The translations under genes and the position numbers were made by a program. The notes under the pieces are model-generated. The model was given only the letters and a program-made list of their open reading frames with translations. It did no database searches and had not been told where the DNA came from. This document shows, one piece after another, positions 30,199 through 39,361 of a stretch of 64,000 bases of DNA (positions within the stretch are counted from its first letter, which is position 1; every line of letters starts with the position of its first letter). The stretch comes from Candidatus Hydrogenedentota bacterium (GTDB lineage Bacteria > Hydrogenedentota > Hydrogenedentia > Hydrogenedentales > SLHB01): contig JBKHFO010000001.1 of assembly GCA_046540175.1 (NCBI GenBank), positions 9,936 through 73,935 of the forward strand, given 5' to 3'.

Positions 30199-30330
30199 GC
30201 GACTTACAGAAGTCAAGAGGAGGTCCGCCTTCTTGCCGTAACCGATCACAATATCGAGTATTTCAAGCACCGTCCAGTAATTCTCCGCAAGATTTATCCG
30301 CGGCCAAGGGACTTCTGCAAGCCGCTGCGA
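30199..30330. repeat. MITE-like 130-bp element with imperfect terminal inverted repeats, copy 1
   Basis: About 85% identical to the reverse complement of 41575-41706. Ends are GCGACTTACAGAAGTC ... GACTTCTGCAAGCCGC. Confidence 0.55.
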
Positions 30331-30390
30331 TGTCACTTTTTTAAGGAGGAGCCTATGCGCTATACTTGCAGGCCTTGATTGGGGAGCACG

Positions 30391-31296
30391 ATGAAGCTAA
30401 CGCCAAACCAAGAGCGGCGCATAACCAAGTACTTACAGGACGTTCACGCCCAAACCGAAGGGCTCTCCGACGCCCAACGGCGCCGGGCGCTCGCCCATGT
30501 GAAGGCGCAGTTGCGCGAACGGCTCCAACAGTATACAGATGCCGCTCCCGAGGATACCGAACTTGAGGCGATTCTAAACAACTGCGCGCTGCCCGGCTTT
30601 GTCTCTTCCGCTGCTAACCAGGAGGCGCGGGAGGTGGGGGATGTGGAGGCATTGGAGCCCAGCGCCTCTCCGCAAGACACTTCCCCGCCGCAAAATGAAC
30701 CCCGAGCGGCGCGCGGCGATTTCCTCGAACTCGAGGGCCGCGTTTGGCTTGGCGTTTGCTCGGGGCTTGCCCGCTACCTCCGGATAGAATCCGCCATTGT
30801 CCGCATCATCGCCGCCGTCGTGGGCGTGGCGACCTTGGGATTCCTCCTTTGGGTTTACGTGGGATTATACCTGTTCTTCTATCTGCGCGACCGCTCCGGG
30901 GTGTTGCCGCCCCTTGATGTGCTTCCTGTCGTGCGGCGCATGGCGGGAATGCTGGCGTTAGGGATTGTCATGTTCGCCGTTGGTGAAATGGCGCTGTGGG
31001 CGATGGGCGCGGTCGCGGGGCTGGCCGCCGGGCATGGAATCACTGTTGACGCCGCCTGGGGCTGGTTTGCCGAGCGAAATGGGACCATCGTGTTTTGGAC
31101 CCTTGTATTCGCCCTTCCCTTGGGGGCCATGAGCGCCATGCCCGTCGCCGAAGGCTGGGACTACACGCTTAGGAAACTAGCCCAAGCCTGTCTGGCCGTG
31201 TACGCGCTGCTCCTCACGTTTGGTCTGGCGTGCCATTTCGTGGGACTGCTGCTGGAAGCTACCGGCGCCGGGACGGGCGTCACCACCGGGGAATAG
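30391..31296 (+). CDS. PspC-domain membrane protein
   Basis: RVWLGVCSGLARYLRIESAIVRI (PspC motif) followed by several TM helices. ATG at 30391 with GGGGAG upstream. The ORF-track start at 30379 is a TTG. Confidence 0.75.
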   Translation: MKLTPNQERRITKYLQDVHAQTEGLSDAQRRRALAHVKAQLRERLQQYTDAAPEDTELEAILNNCALPGFVSSAANQEAREVGDVEALEPSASPQDTSPPQNEPRAARGDFLELEGRVWLGVCSGLARYLRIESAIVRIIAAVVGVATLGFLLWVYVGLYLFFYLRDRSGVLPPLDVLPVVRRMAGMLALGIVMFAVGEMALWAMGAVAGLAAGHGITVDAAWGWFAERNGTIVFWTLVFALPLGAMSAMPVAEGWDYTLRKLAQACLAVYALLLTFGLACHFVGLLLEATGAGTGVTTGE

Positions 31297-31318
31297 AGCA
31301 GGAAAGGAATAGAAGAAA

Positions 31319-31411
<93 letters not shown>

Positions 31412-31564
31412 CAAGCCATCCGAATTGTAGGAACATAGGCAGGCGATTGTCAAACCAACGGCCCTTTTCCCAATTACCGGGCAGGCGCTGTGCAGGCTGG
31501 GCGCATCCCCCCGCCCTTCGGCCCACTCCCTAAAAGGGCGGAAAGTATTCGCCATATTCGCCCT

Positions 31565-31612
31565 TTGAAAGGGGTAAGGGGGATGTTCTTTCCCCCCCAA
31601 AGGCCAACGCGA
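31565..31612. repeat. Short copy of the GC-hairpin repeat family (CCCTTTGAAAGGGG...GGGGGATGTTCTT)
   Basis: TATTCGCCCTTTGAAAGGGGTAAGGGGGATGTTCTTTCCCC matches 9661-9712 with an internal deletion. Confidence 0.4.
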
Positions 31613-31813
31613 ATCCGCCCGCTGGCGACGGCGTCAATGGCGTCAAGACGCCGCCCGCCTCCGTATGCTATGATGGGGCCGCGCATTCAGACCGCGCATG
31701 GACGCCCGGGACGGCGGGAGGGGAACAGAAGGGCGGCGGTGTTTGTTTCAGCAAACAAATCGCCCGGATTGTTGCCTATTCCCTTAACCCAGTTGCCATA
31801 AGGAGAACAAACG

Positions 31814-32449
31814 ATGAAGATCCATGCGCGTTTTATTTCGGCTATGCTGTTGGCCGCGGTGTGTCTGACGCCTGTGTGGGCCCAGGATGCCGAAGAAGAG
31901 GATGTCACGTTGGAAAAGGGCGACGAAGCGCCTGGCTTCGCCTTGCCGGAATGGTCCGAGGAAGAACTGGAACAGGCTCGCGAGGAAGACTTGGAGTTGC
32001 CCGAGAAACTCAGCGACTTCAAGGGGGAGAAGAACCTGCTCGTGGCGTTCTATCCCCGTGTGTTCACGGGAGGATGCACGGCCCAACTTTGCGGATATCG
32101 CGACGAGTTCGAGCTGTTTGTATCGGCGGACACGGACGTCATCGCCATCAGCATGGATGAACAGGAAGAAAGCGACCGGTTTCGCGAGGAATACGAACTG
32201 CCGTTTTATGTGGTAGGGGACGAGGAAGGCGCCATCGTCGATGCCTATGGCGTGCCCCGGCGCGGCGAAGAAGGCAATGAGTTTGCTAGCCGGTCGGTGT
32301 TCCTGGTTGATAAACAAGGCGTGATTCGCTACATCGACTTGGAGTACGGCGTGGAAGAAGGGTTGGCGCCCCTGTACGAAGCCATGGACGAAGTTATGAA
32401 GGAACAGGAGGAAACGGAGCAGGCCCGGCTGGAAACGTCCGGCAACTGA
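31814..32449 (+). CDS. bcp: Periplasmic Bcp-type peroxiredoxin (AhpC/TSA family)
   Basis: Signal peptide. FYPRVFTGGCTAQLCGY matches the PxxxTxxC motif, with the resolving Cys 5 residues on as in Bcp. AAGGAG Shine-Dalgarno is present. Confidence 0.8.
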   Translation: MKIHARFISAMLLAAVCLTPVWAQDAEEEDVTLEKGDEAPGFALPEWSEEELEQAREEDLELPEKLSDFKGEKNLLVAFYPRVFTGGCTAQLCGYRDEFELFVSADTDVIAISMDEQEESDRFREEYELPFYVVGDEEGAIVDAYGVPRRGEEGNEFASRSVFLVDKQGVIRYIDLEYGVEEGLAPLYEAMDEVMKEQEETEQARLETSGN

Positions 32450-32456
32450 CTCCGGC

Positions 32457-33155
32457 GTGATGACGCCCCAAGCCTTTATCGAGGAAACCCGCGGCTCGGG
32501 AACCCGCCGGGAAACCCTGGCGGTCACCGAGATTTACAAGAGCATCCAGGGCGAGTCTACTTGGGCGGGCTTGCCCTGTATCTTCGTGCGGCTCACCGGC
32601 TGCCATCTCCGGTGCGTGTGGTGCGACACCACGTACGCATTCCAGGGCGGCGTTCAGACGGACGTACAAGATATTCTGACGCGCTGCCGGGAACTCGGGG
32701 GGAACCTCGTCGAAATTACGGGAGGCGAACCCCTGCTTCAGAAGAATTGCGGCGCGTTGGCGCGGCGGTTGCACGCCGAGGGTTACACCGTCTTGTGCGA
32801 AACCAGCGGGACGCTTCCCATCTCCATGCTTCCGGAAGAAACAATCAAGATCATGGATTTGAAGTGCCCCGGCAGCGGCGAGCACGGCCGGAATGACTGG
32901 TCCAACATTAACCGGCTCTCGGCGCGGGACGAGGTGAAGTTCGTCCTCGCTGATCGCGCCGACTACGAATGGAGCCGGGATGTGACCCGCGAATATGGGC
33001 TTGCTTCTCGGACGCGTGCGGTGCTGTTTTCCCCGGTGTGGGACAGGCTGGAGCCCAAACAACTCGCGGAGTGGATCCTGGAAGATGGGCTTGAGGTCCG
33101 GCTGCACATACCATTGCACAAAGTAGTGTGGTCCCCGGATACAAAGGGAGTGTAG
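32457..33155 (+). CDS. queE: 7-carboxy-7-deazaguanine synthase (radical SAM)
   Basis: IYKSIQGES, CHLRCVWCDT (CxxxCxxC) and the overall QueE length. Confidence 0.85.
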   Translation: MMTPQAFIEETRGSGTRRETLAVTEIYKSIQGESTWAGLPCIFVRLTGCHLRCVWCDTTYAFQGGVQTDVQDILTRCRELGGNLVEITGGEPLLQKNCGALARRLHAEGYTVLCETSGTLPISMLPEETIKIMDLKCPGSGEHGRNDWSNINRLSARDEVKFVLADRADYEWSRDVTREYGLASRTRAVLFSPVWDRLEPKQLAEWILEDGLEVRLHIPLHKVVWSPDTKGV

Positions 33156-33853
33156 TGAAGGTCGAGCTGATCAAAACGTTCCATGCGGAGGCCGCGCATG
33201 AGAACCCGCGCGCGGGCGGGTCCCAAGGCCGCATGCATGGACACAGCTACCGGTTGGACGTGGTGAGCGCGGGGGAATTGGATCCCGCGCGCGGGTGGCT
33301 CATGGACTATGCGGATATCAAGGAATGTTTCCGGCCGATTCAGGAGCAACTGGATCACACCTGCCTGAATCACGTCGAGGGTATGGAGGACACCCATCTC
33401 GAAGCGGTTCGCCACTGGATTCGCGCGCGCATTCCCCGGGATTTCCAGCCATTCCACGACGTGCGCGTGCGCATAGTGGGCGATTGCGCGTTCAAACCGG
33501 TATGGTTGCCCGCGGATGATGGCTTGGAACTGCCCGACCGCATCGGTTTTGGCATCGAGGCGGCGCATCATCTGCCCTTTGTCCCACAAGGGCATCAATG
33601 CCGCCGATTGCATGGGCACAGTTACCGCATCGAGGTGGGGGCGGAAAAGTTGGACGCGTTGGAAGAACGGCTCCGGGATATTTATGCTCAACTTGACCAC
33701 ACCGATCTCAACGAGATTGACGGGCTGGAGAACCCGACCTCCGAACACCTGAGCCGCTGGATTTGGGACTGTTTGCGAACAGGGGGAACCCAGCCCACGG
33801 TGGTGGCTATTCAAGAAACCTGTACAGCAGGGTGCGTGTATCGTGGAGAATAA
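33128..33853 (+). CDS. queD: 6-carboxy-5,6,7,8-tetrahydropterin synthase with two tandem QueD/PTPS domains
   Basis: Two copies of the ...HGHSYRL/HGHSYRI... catalytic-triad motif context (ELIKTFHAEAAHE...HGHSYRLDV, then ...HHLPFVPQGHQCRRLHGHSYRIEV). Start uncertain (ATG at 33128 overlapping queE, or GTG at 33155). Confidence 0.8.
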   Translation: MVPGYKGSVVKVELIKTFHAEAAHENPRAGGSQGRMHGHSYRLDVVSAGELDPARGWLMDYADIKECFRPIQEQLDHTCLNHVEGMEDTHLEAVRHWIRARIPRDFQPFHDVRVRIVGDCAFKPVWLPADDGLELPDRIGFGIEAAHHLPFVPQGHQCRRLHGHSYRIEVGAEKLDALEERLRDIYAQLDHTDLNEIDGLENPTSEHLSRWIWDCLRTGGTQPTVVAIQETCTAGCVYRGE

Positions 33854-34292
33854 AGGCGTGCCGGAAAAGCAGGACTTCGAAGCTCATGACAAAACCCTCC
33901 CCTTTAAGGGCCCCGAGGCGATCGACTCCGATTGTCTCGAATGTTTCCCGTACGAATATGCCGATAAACCGATGGGGGCTGCGCTTGAAATCGTCACCAC
34001 CACCGAGGAATTCACCTCGGTATGTCCCTTCTCGGGACTGCCCGATTTCGCCCGGGTGACCATCACCTACGCGCCCAACCGCCATTGCATCGAACTGCGG
34101 TCGTTGAAATACTATCTACTGTCCTACCGGGACGTTGGCATTTGGTACGAGCACTTGGTCAATCGCATGCTGGAAGACCTCGTGGCCGCCGTTCAACCCC
34201 GTTCGATGAAGGTCGTCATCGAATGCACCCCTCGCGGCGGGCTTAGCAGCACGGTTACCGCCTCCTACAGTCAGGAATGGACAAAGGCGTAG
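33843..34292 (+). CDS. queF: NADPH-dependent 7-cyano-7-deazaguanine reductase (YkvM type)
   Basis: EFTSVCPFSGLPDFARVTITY..ELRSLKYYLLSYR...ECTPRGGL. Confidence 0.85.
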   Translation: MENKGVPEKQDFEAHDKTLPFKGPEAIDSDCLECFPYEYADKPMGAALEIVTTTEEFTSVCPFSGLPDFARVTITYAPNRHCIELRSLKYYLLSYRDVGIWYEHLVNRMLEDLVAAVQPRSMKVVIECTPRGGLSSTVTASYSQEWTKA

Positions 34293-34322
34293 GGATTCAA
34301 TTCGTAGCAGCTTGCGCGCTGG

Positions 34323-36317
34323 GTGTTACAAGCGAGGCCGCGCCACCTTAACCGGGATATGCCCCAACCACCCATGACGCATTTCGACGAATCGTCCACG
34401 GGGGAAACCATGTCCCCATCTCTTCCTTCGGACGGAGACGCCCTGCCGCCACGCGCTACCTCCTCTCTGTGGCGGGCGGTGCGCGGCTGGCTCGTTTGCG
34501 CCGTTCTCGTGGCGTGCGCCGTGGCGTATGCCTTTCCCTTGAGTTCTTTCCTTCACGCCAAGGACGCCGTCTTTATGACGGGGCTCGCGATGGCGGCGGG
34601 CGTCTTGCTGGCCGAGACCTGGCGCGCGCCGGCCGCCGCCGCGGGCGCCGTGCAAGGGCTCCGGGCTTTCACGCCGCTGTGGCTGTTTCTGCTGTTCAGC
34701 CTGTTTGCTCACGCCGCACTGGGACAAGCCCGCGTGCCCACGGATACCGTCCTCGAGATTGTGCGGCTCGCCGCCTTGTTGGCGCTGGCGCCGGTGATGT
34801 GGGATTTGGCCTTCGAGGCTCAATGGCGCCAACGCTTCCTCGGGGCGTTGATTGTCGCCGCCGTGGTGGTGGCGCTTCTGGCTTTGGGCCAGTTCGCGGG
34901 CTGGCTGGACCGGCTCTTCCCCCCTCAACCCGGCTACACCCAACCCATGTACTCCGTGTTTGGCAACCAGAATCTGCTCGGCGGTTTCGTGGCGTTGGGG
35001 TTTGTACTGGCGGTCTACAAGGCCTTGGACGCAACGCGCCTCTTTTTGTACTGGGCGGCGGGCGCGGCGGCGCTGGGGGTGGCGCTGCTCTTGTCCGAAA
35101 GCCGGACGGCCTGGCTCGCCGCGGCCGTTGGTCTGCTGTGGGCCATTGGTCCCATGCGGCGATCGCCCCGGCGCGCGGCGATATTGGCGGGCGTGGGGGC
35201 CGTGGCGGTCATCGCGGCCGTGGCGGCGGCGGGGCCTGAAACGCTGAGCGAGAGGCTCACGGATCCATTTGGGGCAGAAGACGTGGGAGGCCGTGCGCGG
35301 CTGTGGTTCTGGGAGGGGGCGTGGCGCATGTTCTTGAGCGCCCCGCTTGTCGGCGTGGGGCTGGGCAATTTCCCGTATTGGTCACCCCATTTCCAAGGCG
35401 CCGCCTTGCACGCTCCCGGCGGAGAAGCCCATTACCACAACGAATTGCACACCGTTTACGCGCACAGCGATCCGCTTCAACTGCTCGCTACGGCGGGGGT
35501 GATCGGGATGCTCTTCCTCGGCTGGATGGCGTGGCGGCTGCGGGGCGTGAGGGGGATCACGCTCGGCGGGCTTGCTACCCTGGCCGTGTTCGCGTGCTTC
35601 AACTTCCCGTTGGCCAGCGCGCCTCACGCCGCCGCGGGGGTGGTGCTCGCAACGCTGGTGCTGGCTGAAAGAAGAGGAGGCAAAACCCATCCCATCCACA
35701 TGCCAAACGCCCATACGACGCGCAACGCGCCGCCGGCGTCTCGCCGGCTTTGTACTGTGACCGCCGCGGCCGTCTTCGCTGGGACGTTGGGCGCCGCCTT
35801 TTTCTATTGCGCGGCCGTGTTGCCGCCAAGCCATTGGCTGCGGATGGCGGAAAACCAAGCGTTGGAAGGCGAGAGCGGGCTTGATGACTACCGCCGGGCG
35901 GCGGAGCATTTCTGGCCCAACCCGCGCGCCCTTGAACGCTATGGCTACGCCCTTGCCCGGGAAGGCCGCAAGGAAGAAGCGCGGGAAGTCTTGGAACAGG
36001 CGCTCCAATACCGGGATACGGGCTCGCTGCACATGATGCTCGCCGCTGTCGCTTCCCGCCTCTCGGACGAGCAGACTATGCGAACGCATGCGGACGAGGC
36101 GCGGTTCCGGATTCCCGGCGAGGGGGCCGCGTGGTTTCTTGCGCTTGCGGCGCGGTCCCAGGCGGAATGGCCCGCGCTTAGGGAGGAGGCCTTGCAATGG
36201 CTCGATCCCGGGGAGTGGGAGAGGATCACGGAGAAGGCGCGGGGCGTCAGGGAACGAATCGAGGCCGGAGCACCGCGTAGATCCGCGGCTGAATTCTCAC
36301 GTCGAGCGGTCCCGTGA
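34323..36317 (+). CDS. O-antigen ligase/polymerase-like (Wzy_C) polytopic membrane protein with C-terminal TPR region
   Basis: Many TM helices. The periplasmic loop ...GLGNFPYWSPHFQGAALHAPGGEAHYHNELHTVYAHSDPLQLLATAG (conserved H...H..E pattern of the WaaL/Wzy_C domain). TPR-like C-terminus. Start ambiguous. Confidence 0.7.
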   Translation: MLQARPRHLNRDMPQPPMTHFDESSTGETMSPSLPSDGDALPPRATSSLWRAVRGWLVCAVLVACAVAYAFPLSSFLHAKDAVFMTGLAMAAGVLLAETWRAPAAAAGAVQGLRAFTPLWLFLLFSLFAHAALGQARVPTDTVLEIVRLAALLALAPVMWDLAFEAQWRQRFLGALIVAAVVVALLALGQFAGWLDRLFPPQPGYTQPMYSVFGNQNLLGGFVALGFVLAVYKALDATRLFLYWAAGAAALGVALLLSESRTAWLAAAVGLLWAIGPMRRSPRRAAILAGVGAVAVIAAVAAAGPETLSERLTDPFGAEDVGGRARLWFWEGAWRMFLSAPLVGVGLGNFPYWSPHFQGAALHAPGGEAHYHNELHTVYAHSDPLQLLATAGVIGMLFLGWMAWRLRGVRGITLGGLATLAVFACFNFPLASAPHAAAGVVLATLVLAERRGGKTHPIHMPNAHTTRNAPPASRRLCTVTAAAVFAGTLGAAFFYCAAVLPPSHWLRMAENQALEGESGLDDYRRAAEHFWPNPRALERYGYALAREGRKEEAREVLEQALQYRDTGSLHMMLAAVASRLSDEQTMRTHADEARFRIPGEGAAWFLALAARSQAEWPALREEALQWLDPGEWERITEKARGVRERIEAGAPRRSAAEFSRRAVP

Positions 36318-37746
36318 CGCTCAGCCGGTGTTCCGCGCTGGGTTCCGCTCGGACGGGTATGGCGATTTGACCCTCTGTGAGTTCGATGTGCTCAACGACC
36401 TGCTCGTCCTTGCGGACCACGACGCGCAGAGGCTCTTCGAGGGGTTCCTCAAGCGAGATGGCGATGACCGCTTCATGCGCCCACGTGTCAAGCCACTCCG
36501 AGCCAGTGGATTGCCAGACGATACCCATTTGCAAGGGCGCCAGAGAGGGATTGACTTCATACACGCCCGGGGTCTGTTGATTGTCATGCCGGGCGGCGTA
36601 CGCGGAAATCACGGGCAATTCCACGAGGGGCTTTACGCCCTCGGTGGACACCACGAGGACGAGAGCGGCGCCGGTCACCAGAATCATTTGCGCCGCCCAG
36701 GCGCCAAGGATGCGAACAAATGGTCCCCGGAATATGGCCAGACACGCAAGAAAGGCCAGAAGCCCCAAGGCGAGAGGCGCGTAAAGCAAATGTTCCACCG
36801 GCAGCCAAGTCGCCGAATACGCCGCAAACGCCAGTGATAGCCCGGCGAACAGATACGCCGAACCGGCGCGGGGCGTCAGCGTCATGAGAACTCCCGCGAT
36901 ATATAGGGAGGCTGGCCACGCCGCCAAGAGCACTATACCCCCAAGCACACGGAGTATGGCTAGATTGTCCGCGAGAACCCCATAAACCGTGAGCGGAATC
37001 GGTGGGATTCCGGAATAAGGAAACGCGCGTTCCCAGTTGTTTGTTGTAATCGCGACGGCCAAGACGCCAAGAATCAAGGTCAAGCCCACACCCGCCGCAG
37101 TGAGGGAAATGCGCATGAACGGGGAGGGGGGAGCGGCGGCTTCTTCAGGCTCTCCAGCCTCTTCACCTTTTTTAGTGGCTGGGGAGGGGGTGGGGTTCTT
37201 AAACGTGGGCAGTAGGGAGTTGCACTTCCAACAGCGCGTCAGCTCTTCGCCATTGTGTGCGCCGCATGCCGGGCAAATGTTCCCCTCTTGGATGTCTATG
37301 CCACTGTCGCTGTCATCAATTACCCGCTGTTGGGGCGGCGTCTGCTGTTTATCTTTTTGCAGCCGCTTGATGGCTTGAGGGGCCGTCGGGTGATAGGGGT
37401 CTTCCGCGAGGATCTTTTCCCACACAAGGCGGGACTCCTCCCGCCGTCCCGCCATCTCAAACACGCGGGCGAGTTGCTCGTAAAGCACCATGACATGCGG
37501 CCATTCGCTCAACGCGTGCTCAAGCACCTCGATGGCTTCCTCATACCGGCCCAGGCGGTAATAGGCGGCCGCTAGATAACGCAGTACGTTGAGCTTGGTG
37601 GGCCATTCGCGTTTGATAACCAGAAGGTGCTCCAAGGCCTCATCGTACTCACAGGCGTGGTACAGCTTTTTCACCAGCCGCCAACGTTGCTCGGTCTCGC
37701 CGGGATGCGCCTCGACGTACCGGGTCAGCTCCGGAATCCCGGTCAT
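36247..37746 (-). CDS. TPR-repeat protein with zinc-ribbon (CPACG...CWKCN) and C-terminal multi-TM domain
   Basis: N-terminal TPR helices. ICPACGAHNGEELTRCWKCNS. Then 6-8 hydrophobic helices. Its 3' end overlaps the preceding convergent gene by about 70 bp. Confidence 0.65.
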   Translation of the reverse strand: MTGIPELTRYVEAHPGETEQRWRLVKKLYHACEYDEALEHLLVIKREWPTKLNVLRYLAAAYYRLGRYEEAIEVLEHALSEWPHVMVLYEQLARVFEMAGRREESRLVWEKILAEDPYHPTAPQAIKRLQKDKQQTPPQQRVIDDSDSGIDIQEGNICPACGAHNGEELTRCWKCNSLLPTFKNPTPSPATKKGEEAGEPEEAAAPPSPFMRISLTAAGVGLTLILGVLAVAITTNNWERAFPYSGIPPIPLTVYGVLADNLAILRVLGGIVLLAAWPASLYIAGVLMTLTPRAGSAYLFAGLSLAFAAYSATWLPVEHLLYAPLALGLLAFLACLAIFRGPFVRILGAWAAQMILVTGAALVLVVSTEGVKPLVELPVISAYAARHDNQQTPGVYEVNPSLAPLQMGIVWQSTGSEWLDTWAHEAVIAISLEEPLEEPLRVVVRKDEQVVEHIELTEGQIAIPVRAEPSAEHRLSVTGPLDVRIQPRIYAVLRPRFVP

Positions 37747-37799
37747 GGCTCCTCCTCAGGGCATTGGGGCGTGTTCGCCACACCCTAAGCCGCCCGCCT

Positions 37800-38078
37800 C
37801 TACGGTTTCTTCTTCTTACCCTTGTTTTTGCTCTTGTTCTTGCTTTGGCTTTGCGCCGCTGCCCGGCGTTTGTTTAGCACTGTTTGCAGGATGGCGTTGG
37901 CCGCCCACGCGATGATGGCGGCCGCGAACATGGCGGCGACAAAGGCCATGCCCAAACGGACCACAATGGCGGTGTCTTCGCGCGTCACTTGGGAAATCAA
38001 GTAAAGCACCGGTCCGTAGAGAATCACCAATACGATCGCGTAGAAGCCCCACCCGAGCGATTCAATGCGCCACGCCAT
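37800..38078 (-). CDS. Small membrane protein with Lys-rich C-terminus
   Basis: Two TM helices (GFYAIVLVILYGPVLYLI; LGMAFVAAMFAAAIIAWAANAIL), then KNKSKNKGKKKKP. Confidence 0.5.
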   Translation of the reverse strand: MAWRIESLGWGFYAIVLVILYGPVLYLISQVTREDTAIVVRLGMAFVAAMFAAAIIAWAANAILQTVLNKRRAAAQSQSKNKSKNKGKKKKP

Positions 38079-38092
38079 GCCTCATGCTCCTT

Positions 38093-39361
38093 CTAAGCCG
38101 TTTCATTCGCCGGCGGAGGCGGCAGATCGATACGGAATCGCGCGCCGCTCTCCGCGTTGGTCTCCACGGCGAGTTTCCCCTCGTGTTCCAAAACAATCTT
38201 GTGCGTTACCGCCAATCCCAGGCCGGTGCCATTCGAGCCTTTTGTAGAGAAAAAGGGTTCGAGAACCTTTTGCCGGAGTTCAGGGGGCACGCCCGGCCCA
38301 TTGTCGTCCACCGCCAGCGTGGTCCCGCCGTCGGGCCGGGTCCAGGCGTGGAGCCTGACGGCGCCATTGTCCTTGGGAACCGCATCGGCCGCGTTGATCA
38401 CCAGATTGAGCAGCGCCCGGTAAAGGGCCTGGTGATCGCCATGGACGGGGGCCGTGACGCCGTCCAGGTCCAGGCGCAGCTCGATGGGCTTCGCGTTTGT
38501 CAACGCCCAGAACGTGTCCGTGACCTCTTCCATCAAGCGTTCGAGACGCACGGGGTTGAATTCCGGCTCGCGCGGTTTTGAGAAAGCCAGCATATCCTCG
38601 ACCACGTGCGCGATCTTGCGCGTGCTGCGCTTGAGGATAGTCCATCCCCGCTTTAGAACCTCGTACTGCTCTTGTTCTAGGCTTTGCTCCATCAGCTCGA
38701 CGCTGGTGGTCAGACCGTTTACGAGGTTTTTCGTGTAATGCGAGAGCCCGGCCACGGCTTCGCCTATGGCGGCCAGCCGTTCGGCCCGCATGTTCTCTTC
38801 AATCAAGCGCGCGTTGGCGATGGCCGTGGCCGCGACCGAGGAAAAGATTTCCATGACGTGGAGGTCGCTCTCGGAAAACGAGCCGCCGTCCCGTTTGTTT
38901 ATGACCTCAATGACCCCGATGAGCGTGTCCCGATCCACCAGGGGAACGGCGACGAGCGAGCGGGTCGTGAACTGGATGGTATTGTCCGGCGCGCGGCAGA
39001 ACCGGGGGTCGCGCTCCACGTCGGGCACATTGATCGCGCTGCGGGTCCTCGCCGCCGCGCCCGCGATGCCCTCGTCCAGCTTGAGCCGGAACTGTTGCTT
39101 CAGCGCCTGCTGATCGCCCGTCTCCCCCATGGCGACTTCAAAGTACAGCTCTTCGCTTTTGGGGTCATAGAGCATGAGCGAACACGCCTCGGCCCGGGCC
39201 ACCTCCTTGCCTTCGCTCATGATGCGTTCCAGCAGCGTTTCCAGATCGGTGAGGTGGGCCATGAAATAATGGACGCGGTACAATGCGTCCCCGATCCGCC
39301 GCATGTCCTCGGGCGGCACATTGGGGAACCAAGAGAGGCTGTGATCAAGTTGGGAGGTCAT
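38093..39361 (-). CDS. GAF-domain sensor histidine kinase
   Basis: GAF-like N-terminus (IMSEGKEVARAEACSLMLYD...). H-box LSHYTKN, N-box NLVINAADAV, G1 DNGPGV, G2 GSNGTGLGLAV. Confidence 0.85.
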   Translation of the reverse strand: MTSQLDHSLSWFPNVPPEDMRRIGDALYRVHYFMAHLTDLETLLERIMSEGKEVARAEACSLMLYDPKSEELYFEVAMGETGDQQALKQQFRLKLDEGIAGAAARTRSAINVPDVERDPRFCRAPDNTIQFTTRSLVAVPLVDRDTLIGVIEVINKRDGGSFSESDLHVMEIFSSVAATAIANARLIEENMRAERLAAIGEAVAGLSHYTKNLVNGLTTSVELMEQSLEQEQYEVLKRGWTILKRSTRKIAHVVEDMLAFSKPREPEFNPVRLERLMEEVTDTFWALTNAKPIELRLDLDGVTAPVHGDHQALYRALLNLVINAADAVPKDNGAVRLHAWTRPDGGTTLAVDDNGPGVPPELRQKVLEPFFSTKGSNGTGLGLAVTHKIVLEHEGKLAVETNAESGARFRIDLPPPPANETA

